Assembly (NCBI GenBank): GCA_001001795.1
Contig: LCLB01000004.1
Coordinates: forward strand, 1 to 36,435
Direction of reading: 5' to 3'
Source: Parcubacteria group bacterium GW2011_GWF1_45_5
GTDB lineage: Bacteria; Patescibacteriota; Minisyncoccia; UBA6257; Brennerbacteraceae
Length of the DNA: 36,435 nucleotides
Made by a program: the position numbers and the translations under genes. Positions 8,350 through 17,537 of the stretch are shown here, piece by piece; the first letter of the stretch is position 1, and every line of letters begins with the position of its first letter. Below the pieces are notes generated by a model. That model searched no databases. It saw nothing but the letters and a program-made list of their open reading frames with translations, and was not told where the DNA came from.

Positions 8350-8638
8350 AAACATTATCAATCCTGATAACGAACTTTTTACCTGCGACACGCTAATCAT
8401 CACTGGCGGCACCTCGGATTTAACCAAAAGAATAACCATAACCGATGAACAGGGACGGTTGCTCACCTACATTTCTCTTGATAAATTGTCCTCAACAGAC
8501 AGAGACAGTATCAAAAATACAACCATCAATAATCAGGTAGGGTTAAAGGTTACCAGGAACATTCCCCAACCCGGGTGGGGATCGGGATGCCCGCGTTTTT
8601 TAGATATCATCGGGATCGAAAAACCGGAACGATTTTAG
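8306..8638 (+). CDS. hypothetical protein
   Basis: 110-aa ORF with no recognised motif. Confidence 0.4.
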   Translation: MLPSTVVATTTIINKNIINPDNELFTCDTLIITGGTSDLTKRITITDEQGRLLTYISLDKLSSTDRDSIKNTTINNQVGLKVTRNIPQPGWGSGCPRFLDIIGIEKPERF

Positions 8639-8666
8639 TCGTCCGTGAAATACAGTATCAATCAAG

Positions 8667-9506
8667 ATGAAAAATCTCTTTATTATCTTATTCATTGTTT
8701 CCTTTGTTGTGGCGTTCGGATTTATGTTCGAAAGGCCGGGCTTCGAAGAGCTCAATTCGATATTTTCGGTGGCCTCGTTTCTGTTCGGCATTTTTATCGC
8801 CTTCTCTATTGCCAATGCCCACGGCCGTTTGCAAAAAATATCCGAAACTCTGAAAGACCACGACGCTCTGCTTCTTTCCCTATTTACCCTATCATCGCAA
8901 TTACCCCGGAAGATTCATGAATCCATACAAAAACTCATTGACACATATCTTATAGCGCAACTTGATTTTTATCTGACGGATTTCCGAATGACGCAAAAAG
9001 ATTTTCAAAATCTTATCGATTATACGTTGTCTTTCGAAACAAAAAACGAACCGGAACAAATCATCGAGGAAAAGTTTATTGACCTTATCCCTGATGCCAT
9101 CCGGCAACGAAAACAGGTGGAATCGCTGATACAGCAACCGCTCACCAAACTGGAATGGGTCACCACGGTTGCCCTTTTGTCGATTATCCTGGCCTGTCTG
9201 TTCTTTTTGAACAACGGCAGTCTCATCGGGATTTTCTCGACATTCCTGATGAGTGTTGTCGCAGTCCTGCTTTTGGTAATTCTCTGGAATCTGGATTCCC
9301 TTAAATGGAAAGAACAGTCCTGGGTATGGGGAGAGATTTCGGAACTGTTCGAGAATATCGGATGTATTCCTTATTACCCGGATAATATTTTTTTGAAATT
9401 AAGGCAAAAAAGTGTAACGAAAAAAAGCGCTGTAGTACGGGTGGCCGAATACCCGAATCACTATCCCGATATGAAGGGAAAAATAATAAAAGAAGTGAGT
9501 CTCTAG
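8667..9506 (+). CDS. integral membrane protein (two N-terminal and two C-terminal TM helices around a soluble helical middle)
   Basis: Hydrophobic segments LFIILFIVSFVVAFGFMF, IFSVASFLFGIFIAFSIA, WVTTVALLSIILACLFFL and IFSTFLMSVVAVLLLVILW. Family not recognised with confidence. Confidence 0.6.
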   Translation: MKNLFIILFIVSFVVAFGFMFERPGFEELNSIFSVASFLFGIFIAFSIANAHGRLQKISETLKDHDALLLSLFTLSSQLPRKIHESIQKLIDTYLIAQLDFYLTDFRMTQKDFQNLIDYTLSFETKNEPEQIIEEKFIDLIPDAIRQRKQVESLIQQPLTKLEWVTTVALLSIILACLFFLNNGSLIGIFSTFLMSVVAVLLLVILWNLDSLKWKEQSWVWGEISELFENIGCIPYYPDNIFLKLRQKSVTKKSAVVRVAEYPNHYPDMKGKIIKEVSL

Positions 9507-9561
9507 CCCCGGAAACCACGCTAAAGGGTGTTATACTGAACATACTTAACATCACCCTCCT

Positions 9562-11847
9562 ATGAATATTCTGGTTACGGGAGCTACCGGATTCATTGGC
9601 TCACACCTTGTCCCTGAACTTCTTAAAAACAACCACAAGGTAACCATATTTACCCGGGAAGATTCCGATACGTCAGCTTTGCCTGCGAGCAGAATTGTCG
9701 TCAAACAGGGATCGTTTTCCAGCGAGGAAGATGTCGCCAGCGTCCTTAAGGGAATCGATGCTGTGATTCACCTGGTGGGAACATGGAATACATGGGGCAA
9801 ATCTTCCCGTGACATTTGGAATATCAACGTATTCCCATTGCAACAAATTATCCGCTATACGCCCAAAACCATCAAACAGATTCTTTTCCTGAGCTCCGCC
9901 CACGTCTACGACCTTACCCAACCTTCCCCGATATCGGAAACGGATAAAACCAAATTATGGAACCAGTACGTCTCGAGCAAGCTTGATGCGGAGCGGATCC
10001 TTAAAGAAAGCACACGACCCCACACGATTTTCCGCCCCGGCATTGTGTACGGAGAAGGTGACGTAAAGGGCTTTGTTGCCAACCTTATCAAAACAGCACA
10101 GGGAAGGTTCGTGTTTATCCCCGGATCCGGAAATAACTTCATCCATCCCGTCCATATCAACGACCTTGTCGCCGCGATTATTTCGGCAATAGGAAGGAAA
10201 CCGGCAAATGAAATCATGAATATCGCCGGGCCGGAGCCCGTCACCCTCAACGATCTGGTGAATAACATTATTTCGCTCTCGCAATCCCCGGCACAAAAAC
10301 TGCATGTGCCGAAATTTCTTCTTCCCCTTGCCATAAACATATTCAAATATTTTCCATCCTCAAAAGAACCGCTGGTAACACCCGACCGTGTCCATATCAG
10401 CAGCGCTTCAAGAACCTTCGACTGCTCTCTGGCACAACGGCTTATTTCATTTTCTCCTGCGGTAAAAATCCAGGATGAACTCTCGAACGTTATCAACGCC
10501 ACCTTGAAAGAAAAAACTCCATTACGGAATATTTTGGCGACTCCCCTTGGTATCATACAAAAAGCCGCGGAACGCATCCAAACACCGTTTTTCGTATTTG
10601 ACGAACAGGTTCTCATCCATAACTACCAAAAACTCTTCCGGGCCGTTACTGCCCACTATCCGACGGCTACCATTTATTATTCGGCAAAAACAAACTACGA
10701 ACCCGCAGTTCTTTCCGCGCTCCGGCAGCTCGGATCGTCTTTAGAGATCGCTTGCGGCCACGAACTAATGGCGGGGACACTGGCGGGGTTTCACGGCAGA
10801 GAGATGTGCTTTGACGGACCCGTCAAGACAAAACAGGATCTCGAATACGCGCTTGACCATGACGTATTCATATACAATCTTGATTCTTACGAAGCAGCGG
10901 AAGAGCTTAATGCCCTTGCGCAATCGCGCAATAAAATAGTCAATGTCGGATACCGCATCAACCTCGGCATGAAAGGATTCCTGAAAGGACCCGCGGAAGC
11001 ATACATCACCAAATTCGGCATTGAGCTGCAGGATGCCCCGGCTTTATACCTCAAGACGAAAAAACTTCCACACCTGAAGATCACCGGCATTCATACCCAT
11101 ATCGGCTCCCAGATCACCGATCCTAGTTTATACGAACGCTCCATCAAACAATTGATCGCGCTCGCGCACGAACTGGAGCGCAACGGGATACCGATCGAGG
11201 AAATAAACATCGGCGGCGGCATTCCTTCACCCAACCTGACCAAAACAACCATCATTGATCTTGCGGCCTCGGTATTACCCTTCATGAAAGGGATAATTAA
11301 ATTTTTACCGCGCAAGCACGTCCCTTCCATAGAAACTTACGGAGAAATTATCGGAAAAACATTTGCCTACGAAAGCAAAATTCTCAAACACCCCGCGCGC
11401 CTTTGCCTTGAACCGGGCAGATCATTGGTCAGCAGCATGGGTATACTGGTTTCACGCGTATCCCATATCAAAGGACGTTGGATTTTTCTGGATGCCAGCA
11501 CTTATTCGGTTCCAGAATCGATATTCTTCGCCCGACGGAGATTCTTGGTTCCGGAAAAAATAGCTTTGAAACGGCTCAGCGAATACAGCCTTGCCGGAGC
11601 CAGTCTGAATACCGCAGATATTTTCTCGAATCAAGAACAACTTCCTGTTATGGATCCCGGGGATATCGTTCTTATCTTGGATGCCGGAGCTTATTCCGTA
11701 TCCAGGGCGACCCAATTCACTATTCTTAACCCTCCAGTATATATGTTAAAAAACAACGAATGCCTTCAATTAATTAAAGAGAAAGGAACCTATGAAAGTG
11801 CTCTCGCACAAACTTACCAAGGAACAACGCGAATCTCACTGGAATAA
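9562..11847 (+). CDS. fusion protein: N-terminal NAD-dependent epimerase/dehydratase (extended SDR) and C-terminal PLP-dependent alanine-racemase-fold decarboxylase (Orn/DAP/Arg decarboxylase family)
   Basis: SDR part: GATGFIGSHL Rossmann motif and the YVSSK (YxxxK) catalytic pair. Decarboxylase part, from about residue 335: FFVFDE, YSAKTN (PLP Lys context), HTHIGSQI, GGGIPS, EPGRSLV and DAGAYS. Confidence 0.85.
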   Translation: MNILVTGATGFIGSHLVPELLKNNHKVTIFTREDSDTSALPASRIVVKQGSFSSEEDVASVLKGIDAVIHLVGTWNTWGKSSRDIWNINVFPLQQIIRYTPKTIKQILFLSSAHVYDLTQPSPISETDKTKLWNQYVSSKLDAERILKESTRPHTIFRPGIVYGEGDVKGFVANLIKTAQGRFVFIPGSGNNFIHPVHINDLVAAIISAIGRKPANEIMNIAGPEPVTLNDLVNNIISLSQSPAQKLHVPKFLLPLAINIFKYFPSSKEPLVTPDRVHISSASRTFDCSLAQRLISFSPAVKIQDELSNVINATLKEKTPLRNILATPLGIIQKAAERIQTPFFVFDEQVLIHNYQKLFRAVTAHYPTATIYYSAKTNYEPAVLSALRQLGSSLEIACGHELMAGTLAGFHGREMCFDGPVKTKQDLEYALDHDVFIYNLDSYEAAEELNALAQSRNKIVNVGYRINLGMKGFLKGPAEAYITKFGIELQDAPALYLKTKKLPHLKITGIHTHIGSQITDPSLYERSIKQLIALAHELERNGIPIEEINIGGGIPSPNLTKTTIIDLAASVLPFMKGIIKFLPRKHVPSIETYGEIIGKTFAYESKILKHPARLCLEPGRSLVSSMGILVSRVSHIKGRWIFLDASTYSVPESIFFARRRFLVPEKIALKRLSEYSLAGASLNTADIFSNQEQLPVMDPGDIVLILDAGAYSVSRATQFTILNPPVYMLKNNECLQLIKEKGTYESALAQTYQGTTRISLE

Positions 11848-12529
11848 CGTTGCCAGCCATTTCTCGCCGGTTACGGACGCCTACAGCACAAAGTTATACG
11901 GTGACGGAGAGTGGCGATTATTCCAGAAATTTTTCAAGGATCTTAAAGGGAAAAAACTTCTTAAGCTCGATCTCTGGAACGAAAACTTCAACACACCAAT
12001 CCTCGACCGGGCAATCGAAGCCGGCATGGAGGTCAACGGAGTCGATATATCTCCGGAAATAGTGAAAGGCGCAACCGAAAAATTCCGTGCCAAATACACC
12101 ACCGGATTTTCGTTTGTCGCTGCCGATATCCGCAATCTCCCTTACCCGGATCACACCTTTGACTATGTCTACACCATGGGGACAATCGAGCATGTCCCGG
12201 ACCCCCAAACCGCCATCAAAGAGATCTTCCGCGTCCTTAAGCCCGACAGCATCGCCATTATCGGAATTCCCTACCGGTACGACATTTTCGGCAGGGCGGC
12301 ATTTATCTGGATCGGTAACAAGCTCGGCTTTTTACCTTATGGCGATGAAATGTGTTTCTCCTGGAAGCAGTTCAAGGCGCTTTTTACAGGCATCCCGTTC
12401 GTATTCACGGACAAGAGCGGCGCTTATTTTATGCCATGGTTCATCCGCTTTGCCGACATGTGGCTGACTCAGCATTTCAGGGCTGTCGCCTATATCGTGC
12501 AAAAACCACATGCCGGAAAAGAAACATAA
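11792..12529 (+). CDS. class I SAM-dependent methyltransferase-like protein (atypical motif I)
   Basis: VDISPE...ADIRNLPYPDHTFDYVYTMGTIEHVPDP...EIFRVLKPDS matches the Methyltransf_11-type post-I to III motifs. The GxGxG position instead reads LDLWNENFN. GAAAGGA lies upstream of the ATG, and the gene overlaps the upstream gene by 56 nt. Confidence 0.7.
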   Translation: MKVLSHKLTKEQRESHWNNVASHFSPVTDAYSTKLYGDGEWRLFQKFFKDLKGKKLLKLDLWNENFNTPILDRAIEAGMEVNGVDISPEIVKGATEKFRAKYTTGFSFVAADIRNLPYPDHTFDYVYTMGTIEHVPDPQTAIKEIFRVLKPDSIAIIGIPYRYDIFGRAAFIWIGNKLGFLPYGDEMCFSWKQFKALFTGIPFVFTDKSGAYFMPWFIRFADMWLTQHFRAVAYIVQKPHAGKET

Positions 12530-14809
12530 CGGCACTCCTCATTATTTGTTGTTCGCACTCATATCCATCAGCGCACTTTTCCTGATCCCATGGATAGCGG
12601 GATACGGATTCGCCGATGCCGATTCCCTGGCGTTTTACTATCCGGCATTTTCCTTTTTCCACCAAGCGATTACCGCTCACACAAGTACCCTTTGGTCGCC
12701 TTACCTTTTGTCGGGATTCCCCTTGTATGCGGATCTCATAGGCGGCTTCCTGCACCCTCTTTCAACTGTTGTCTACGGCCTGACAAACGGATTTCTGGGG
12801 GGATACCATATTCTCTTTCTTATCAACCTCTTGATCGCCGGAGCGTGCACCTACGGGCTTGCGCGTGCAATCGGAATTTCCGGTTTGGGATCACTATCCC
12901 GCCCGTATATTTTACCTTACCAGTTTTATCAGGACTCCTGCTTTCCCTTGAATACTCCTATACCAAATCGAAAAAATGGATGCTTCTGGGAATATATGTC
13001 CTGGGCACCGGACTTCTGGCGGGTCATGCGCAGCTCGTGCTCTTGAGCCTTACCGCCGCAATGGTATGGATTCTCTTCCGCTTGAAAACATATCGCATAT
13101 CTATTCTTAAAGCAGGGATTATCTTTGCGACAATCTGCGCCGCAGGGCTGATTATCGGCGCGCCCTATCTGATCCCCGCGTACCACCTGAAACAATTGAG
13201 CGAACGGAGTATCCCACTTTCACTTTCTCTCTCTCAGCAGGAGGGATTGTCTGTCTTCGACGGGATTCATCTTTTCTTTCCTTCGGCGGAGTTATTGTTC
13301 CCCTGGCTGTCGTCATCGGAGTCTTTTCTGTTTATCGGCACACTACCGTTGCTTCTGGCATGTTTGGCGATATGTTCAAAACAAAAATCGCCCTCCCTTA
13401 AGCTTGTTATATGGGGAGTCGCCTTGAGCTTTGTGGCAAGTATACTGTATTCACCTTTGAACATCGCTCTGCACTACCTGCCTGTTTTTAACTGGTTCAG
13501 GGTCCCCAGCCGGTGGCTCTATATCACTGTTGGTTTTCTTGCGCTTCTGGCAGGATATGGCGCGGATAATCTTCAGGACCGTTCTGCTTCACGAAAAAAA
13601 ATCATCCAGGGAACTATTTTCGTTATTGTCGCTCTTTTGATCGGATCAGTTGTCTTGTCTCTTTTTTCCGATAAGATTATCTCATTTGTCAAAATCCTAT
13701 ATGAACGTGCCTATATCGCGGGAATAGTGCCAATAATGACAACACATGCCTGGCAAGTCCTCGCCTTTTTCGTACATACGCTCCGTAACAGCATCTCTTT
13801 GTTTAATCCTTCGATTCTGATAACTATTTTGAGCTGGGGCGCAGCACTTTGGTTTCTCAAAAAGGCCCCTGAATTGTCTTTCGAAAAGAATAAAAGATAC
13901 CTTTCCGCACTGATACTTATCGGTTCGTTTATTTCAATCACTACCATTACCAAGTTGGCTCCACGAAAAATCATTACCGAAGCCTCTCCGGTGGTTACTT
14001 TTTTGAAAGAAAACATGGACCCCGGTTATCGGACTTTCAGCTATCTTGGTAAAGAGGCGCTCTGGGAATACGAAATACGGAATAAACGCACGAATACGCA
14101 GGAAACTATAGAGTGGTACCATGCCACCCTTGCCCACAACACCGGACAATTCTTCGGCATCCCGCAAGTAACAGGATACAGCTCGGTTGCCACGAACCGA
14201 CAACGCCTGTTCGCGTCCGAACTCGGCACAACTTGGATGATTCCTTTGAATAACCAACGCACAATCCGCGACAACCCAGAAAAATATATAAGCGAACGGA
14301 TCCAATTACTCCGCATGGGTTCAACGCAATACATTATCAGTCCCTATGAAATAATCCATCCTCTAGTTACCGAAAAATTCCGTACAGAATCAAACTCCTT
14401 GCCGGTACGTATCTATGAAGTTTCCCAACCGTATCCGCACGTATTCCCACCCGAACATATTATTTGTGTTGCAAACGAAAAAGAGGCATTGGAAGCCATA
14501 CTCAAGACAGCCACCTCTTCTTATGTGGGGGTTATAGAAATGGAAGAGTGCCCCTGGAAAACCATGGACCAACCGTCGGCTAAAATAAATGTCTCGAATA
14601 CCAGCATTAATCCTGGCCTTATTTCATTCACGGTAAAAAGCGAGGTGCCTGCCTGGGTTATCATCAACGAATCATATCTGCCGGGATGGCACGGATATAT
14701 CAACGGCGAAGAAACACAGATCCACCTCGCCAATCTTTTGTTTCAAAAAATCTGGATTTTACCAGGAACCAGTGAGGTAGTCGTACGTTTTAAAGGTATT
14801 AATCAATAA
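12510..14809 (+). pseudogene. YfhO-like / GT-C-fold polytopic membrane glycosyltransferase, split by a -1 frame change near 12885-12900
   Basis: Frame A (12510 onward) gives TM-rich sequence up to GLARAIGISGLG, then degenerates. Frame B is protein-like only from ITIPPVYFTLPVLSGLLL onward and continues for more than 630 aa with many TM helices and a C-terminal soluble domain. Confidence 0.7.
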
Positions 14810-14813
14810 CAAA

Positions 14814-15533
14814 ATGTCTCCTGTAAAATTTTCGATCTGTATCCCTGTCCTGAATGAAGAACATTATATCGGGATCCTCCTTGAAGCATTGTCGCGCCAA
14901 ACATATAAAAATTTCGAAGTCGTGATCGCCGATGGAAATTCCGAAGACAAAACCATTGAGATTGTAAAATCGTTCAAGACTCGACTTTCTATAACCGTTA
15001 TTCGTACCACTGTCCGCGGGGTTTCCCATGAACGAAACCTCGCGGCACACAACAGTAAAGAAGAGCATTTGTTGTTTTTGGATGCCGATACAAAAATAAA
15101 TGATGATTTTCTGGAACAACTGGTTTTTTGCCTTCTGGAACACCCGGTTGATACCGCGACCTGTTGGAACAAACCGCTTTCAAAAAATTTAGTAGATAAA
15201 ATCGCCTTTAATGCATATAACTCGCTTTTCTTATCCAAGGCGGTCACGGGTACATGTATCTACTCAAAACGTTCGGTATTCAAAAAAATTGGCGGCTTTA
15301 ACGAAACAATGCAATACGGAGAAGATAATGAAATTATTAACCGAGCCCGCAAATCGGGATATTCCTTTACTGTCTTCAAAAAACCGATTGTATTCTTTTC
15401 CACGCGGAGAATGGAAAAAGAAGGTCGTCTTAAATTTTATGCCCGCGCCATTTTTTGGGGAGGTTGCGCATATATTTTCGGGAGGGTACCCAAAAAGGCC
15501 CGCATTAAATACGAGTTCGGAAAACATATATGA
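14814..15533 (+). CDS. family 2 glycosyltransferase (GT-A fold)
   Basis: FSICIPVLNEE...LEALSRQTYKNFEVVIADGNSEDKT and the FLDADT (DxD) motif. Confidence 0.85.
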   Translation: MSPVKFSICIPVLNEEHYIGILLEALSRQTYKNFEVVIADGNSEDKTIEIVKSFKTRLSITVIRTTVRGVSHERNLAAHNSKEEHLLFLDADTKINDDFLEQLVFCLLEHPVDTATCWNKPLSKNLVDKIAFNAYNSLFLSKAVTGTCIYSKRSVFKKIGGFNETMQYGEDNEIINRARKSGYSFTVFKKPIVFFSTRRMEKEGRLKFYARAIFWGGCAYIFGRVPKKARIKYEFGKHI

Positions 15534-15549
15534 TATAATGGTGCCACCA

Positions 15550-15621
15550 GCGCGATTGGCTCAGTGGTAGAGCGCTTCGTTGACATCGAAGAGGTCATAG
15601 GTTCGATCCCTATATCGCGCA
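15550..15621 (+). tRNA. tRNA-Val (anticodon GAC), CCA not encoded
   Basis: Acceptor GCGCGAT/ATCGCGC, anticodon arm CTTCG-TTGACAT-CGAAG, T arm ATAGG-TTCGATC-CCTAT. Confidence 0.9.
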
Positions 15622-15627
15622 CATAAT

Positions 15628-16380
15628 ATGGAAACAAAAGACATCCGCATTGTTTTCGAACATGACGATTTCGTTGTTATCGACAAACCGGCCGGCATAC
15701 TCGTCCACCCTTCCGGAAGCAAAAAGGAAGGTGACGAAAGACCAACGGTGCTCGACTGGATAATAACTCATTACTCTGGTACGGGAAAAATCCTTGACCC
15801 AATTTCCCAGGAAAAAAAATGCGGCATCGTACACCGCTTGGACAAGGAAACTTCCGGCATCATGGTTATCGCAAAACATCAATCGGCATTCGATGAACTG
15901 AAACTCCTTTTCCAAAATCGTGCTGTATCGAAAACTTATCGCGCCCTCCTTATCGGGCCGTTACCGAACAAACAAGGAACCATAAATCTCCCTATTGCCA
16001 AAGCAAAGCAAGGAACGAAACGGACCACCCGCGTGCGCATAAATCAGCATAGCCGCGAAGCCGTCACTGATTACCGCATACTCAATGCTTACACCGACGC
16101 ACTTATTATCCCTGGTCAAATCCTTTCGTACAGCGAACTCCGGCCCAAAACCGGCCGGACCCATCAATTAAGGGTTCATTGTGCGGCTATCGGCCACCCC
16201 ATTGCCGGAGATTATTTATACGGAGGTAAACCGGCTCTGGCATACCGGGAAGATCTGGGACGAATATTTCTTCATGCCTATTCCCTGGAATTTGTTTTCG
16301 GAAAATCCGCTTTCTGTTTTGAAGCAGAACTCCCGAAGGAACTCAACGACTTTCTGAAAAAATTGCAGACTCTTGGATAG
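15628..16380 (+). CDS. RluA-family pseudouridine synthase (no S4 domain)
   Basis: HRLDKETSGIMVIAK catalytic Asp motif, KTYRALL and GRTHQLRVH. Confidence 0.9.
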   Translation: METKDIRIVFEHDDFVVIDKPAGILVHPSGSKKEGDERPTVLDWIITHYSGTGKILDPISQEKKCGIVHRLDKETSGIMVIAKHQSAFDELKLLFQNRAVSKTYRALLIGPLPNKQGTINLPIAKAKQGTKRTTRVRINQHSREAVTDYRILNAYTDALIIPGQILSYSELRPKTGRTHQLRVHCAAIGHPIAGDYLYGGKPALAYREDLGRIFLHAYSLEFVFGKSAFCFEAELPKELNDFLKKLQTLG

Positions 16381-16434
16381 TATGTTAGAATACCGTTTCA
16401 AGATATTTCGTTTTTTATTCTTTATTTTCGTTAT

Positions 16435-16872
16435 ATGACCACTCTTAAAGCTTTGGAACACCAGAAAAAACAGATACATGTCGGCCTCCCTCAGCTCAGA
16501 TCGGGTATGAAGGTCAAGGTATGGTACAAAATCTTAGAAAAAGGCAAGTCCAGAACCACCTTTTTCGAAGGCATTATTATTGCGATTAAACACGGTCAAA
16601 AAACAACCAATAGTATGTTCACAGTCCGCAAGATCGCGGTGGACAATATCGGTGTTGATATGACCTGGCCTCTCCATTCGCCGGTCATAGAAAAAATAGA
16701 TATTATTCAGGTGGCGAAAACACGCCGCAACAAACTTTATTTCTTGCGCGATAAATCAAAGAAACAGGTTCGCGCAAAGCTGCGCAAGCACACGGTCTTC
16801 AAGGAAATCATCGCTCCCGCTGTTGAAGAAACTGCGGAAACGCCGGAAGAAGAAAGTAAAACAACCGAATAA
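16435..16872 (+). CDS. rplS: 50S ribosomal protein L19 with a charged C-terminal extension
   Basis: GMKVKVWYKILEKGKSRTTFFEGIIIAIKH...FTVRKIAVDNIGVDMTWPLHSPVIEKIDI is typical of L19. Confidence 0.9.
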   Translation: MTTLKALEHQKKQIHVGLPQLRSGMKVKVWYKILEKGKSRTTFFEGIIIAIKHGQKTTNSMFTVRKIAVDNIGVDMTWPLHSPVIEKIDIIQVAKTRRNKLYFLRDKSKKQVRAKLRKHTVFKEIIAPAVEETAETPEEESKTTE

Positions 16873-16881
16873 CTCCTTAAC

Positions 16882-16924
16882 AAAACTCCGCGGGTACGTT
16901 ATAATGATCGCGGAGTTTTATATT
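16882..16924 (+). terminator. rho-independent terminator after rplS
   Basis: Perfect 11-bp stem AAAACTCCGCG / CGCGGAGTTTT (16882-16892 and 16909-16919) with a 16-nt loop and a T-rich tail. Confidence 0.65.
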
Positions 16925-17007
16925 GCGCGGGTGGTGAACCCCGTATAACAACAAGTTGTATACGGGGCGAGCCGATACACTACCGCATTATGTGATGAAG
17001 CGCAATA
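16921..17007 (+). other. structured spacer upstream of tRNA-Leu containing a perfect 14-nt copy of the tRNA 5' end
   Basis: GCGCGGGTGGTGAA at 16925-16938 equals 17032-17045. There is a 9-bp hairpin CCCCGTATA/TATACGGGG (16939-16947 and 16959-16967). Outer pairing TATTGCGC/GCGCAATA (16921-16928 and 17000-17007) and GGTGGTG/CACTACC (16930-16936 and 16978-16984) is possible. Confidence 0.4.
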
Positions 17008-17031
17008 AAACGTAAATCGCAAAGCTCTGTC

Positions 17032-17115
17032 GCGCGGGTGGTGAAATGGTATACACGCTACCTTGAGGTGGTAGTGCCGAAAGGCGTGGAGGTTCAACTC
17101 CTCTCCCGCGCACCA
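17032..17115 (+). tRNA. tRNA-Leu (anticodon GAG), long variable arm, CCA encoded
   Basis: Acceptor GCGCGGG/CCCGCGC, anticodon arm CTACC-TTGAGGT-GGTAG, variable arm TGCCGAAAGGCGT, T arm GGAGG-TTCAACT-CCTCT, then ACCA. Confidence 0.9.
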
Positions 17116-17133
17116 AATGTAACTTTGTCGGAA

Positions 17134-17162
17134 TTGACTAAATAACTATAACATGTTATTGT
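17134..17162 (+). promoter_or_regulatory. candidate promoter for 17208..17489
   Basis: TTGACT (17134-17139), 17-nt spacer, TATTGT (17157-17162). Confidence 0.35.
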
Positions 17163-17207
17163 GATTTTTAGACCTAAGTGTCTAATATCTTTCAGAAGGA
17201 GGATGAA

Positions 17208-17489
17208 ATGTGTAGAACACATAGCTTCGGGGGACCGCCATACGGCATCCCCATCCCGGCAGAAGTCTACGAACAATTCCCCCAAAACGTCAAAGACGCT
17301 TATAAGACCTTTGACGACTGGTGGCAAAATGTTTTGGCGCTTGACAATCCCGTCAGTCGCAAAGACATGCCTGCTAATATTGCCGAAGCCTTGGAAACAA
17401 TCAAGGCAGCACCAATTCCCGGCCACGAAGGCGCCACTGGGGCAGACTCCTGTTATATCAATGGGGTCGAAATGCAATTCGCAGACTAA
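17208..17489 (+). CDS. hypothetical small protein (93 aa)
   Basis: AGGAGG at 17197-17202 lies 5 nt before the ATG at 17208, so this start is preferred over the track start at 17178. The gene is followed by a strong terminator. Confidence 0.6.
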   Translation: MCRTHSFGGPPYGIPIPAEVYEQFPQNVKDAYKTFDDWWQNVLALDNPVSRKDMPANIAEALETIKAAPIPGHEGATGADSCYINGVEMQFAD

Positions 17490-17508
17490 TTCTGGGGCAC
17501 CACAAAAA

Positions 17509-17537
17509 ACGGATGAGTTAAACTCATCCGTTTTTCA
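17509..17537 (+). terminator. rho-independent terminator (A-tract upstream makes it potentially bidirectional)
   Basis: CGGATGAGT-TAA-ACTCATCCG stem-loop followed by TTTTT. Confidence 0.8.

Noticed and set aside
9906-10616. 236-aa minus-strand ORF, together with 9955..10305 and 9673..9921
   Set aside because: It lies entirely antisense to the SDR domain of the 761-aa fusion gene, which has clear Rossmann and YxxxK motifs. The antisense translations are Arg/Ser/Cys-rich and motif-free, so they are shadow ORFs.
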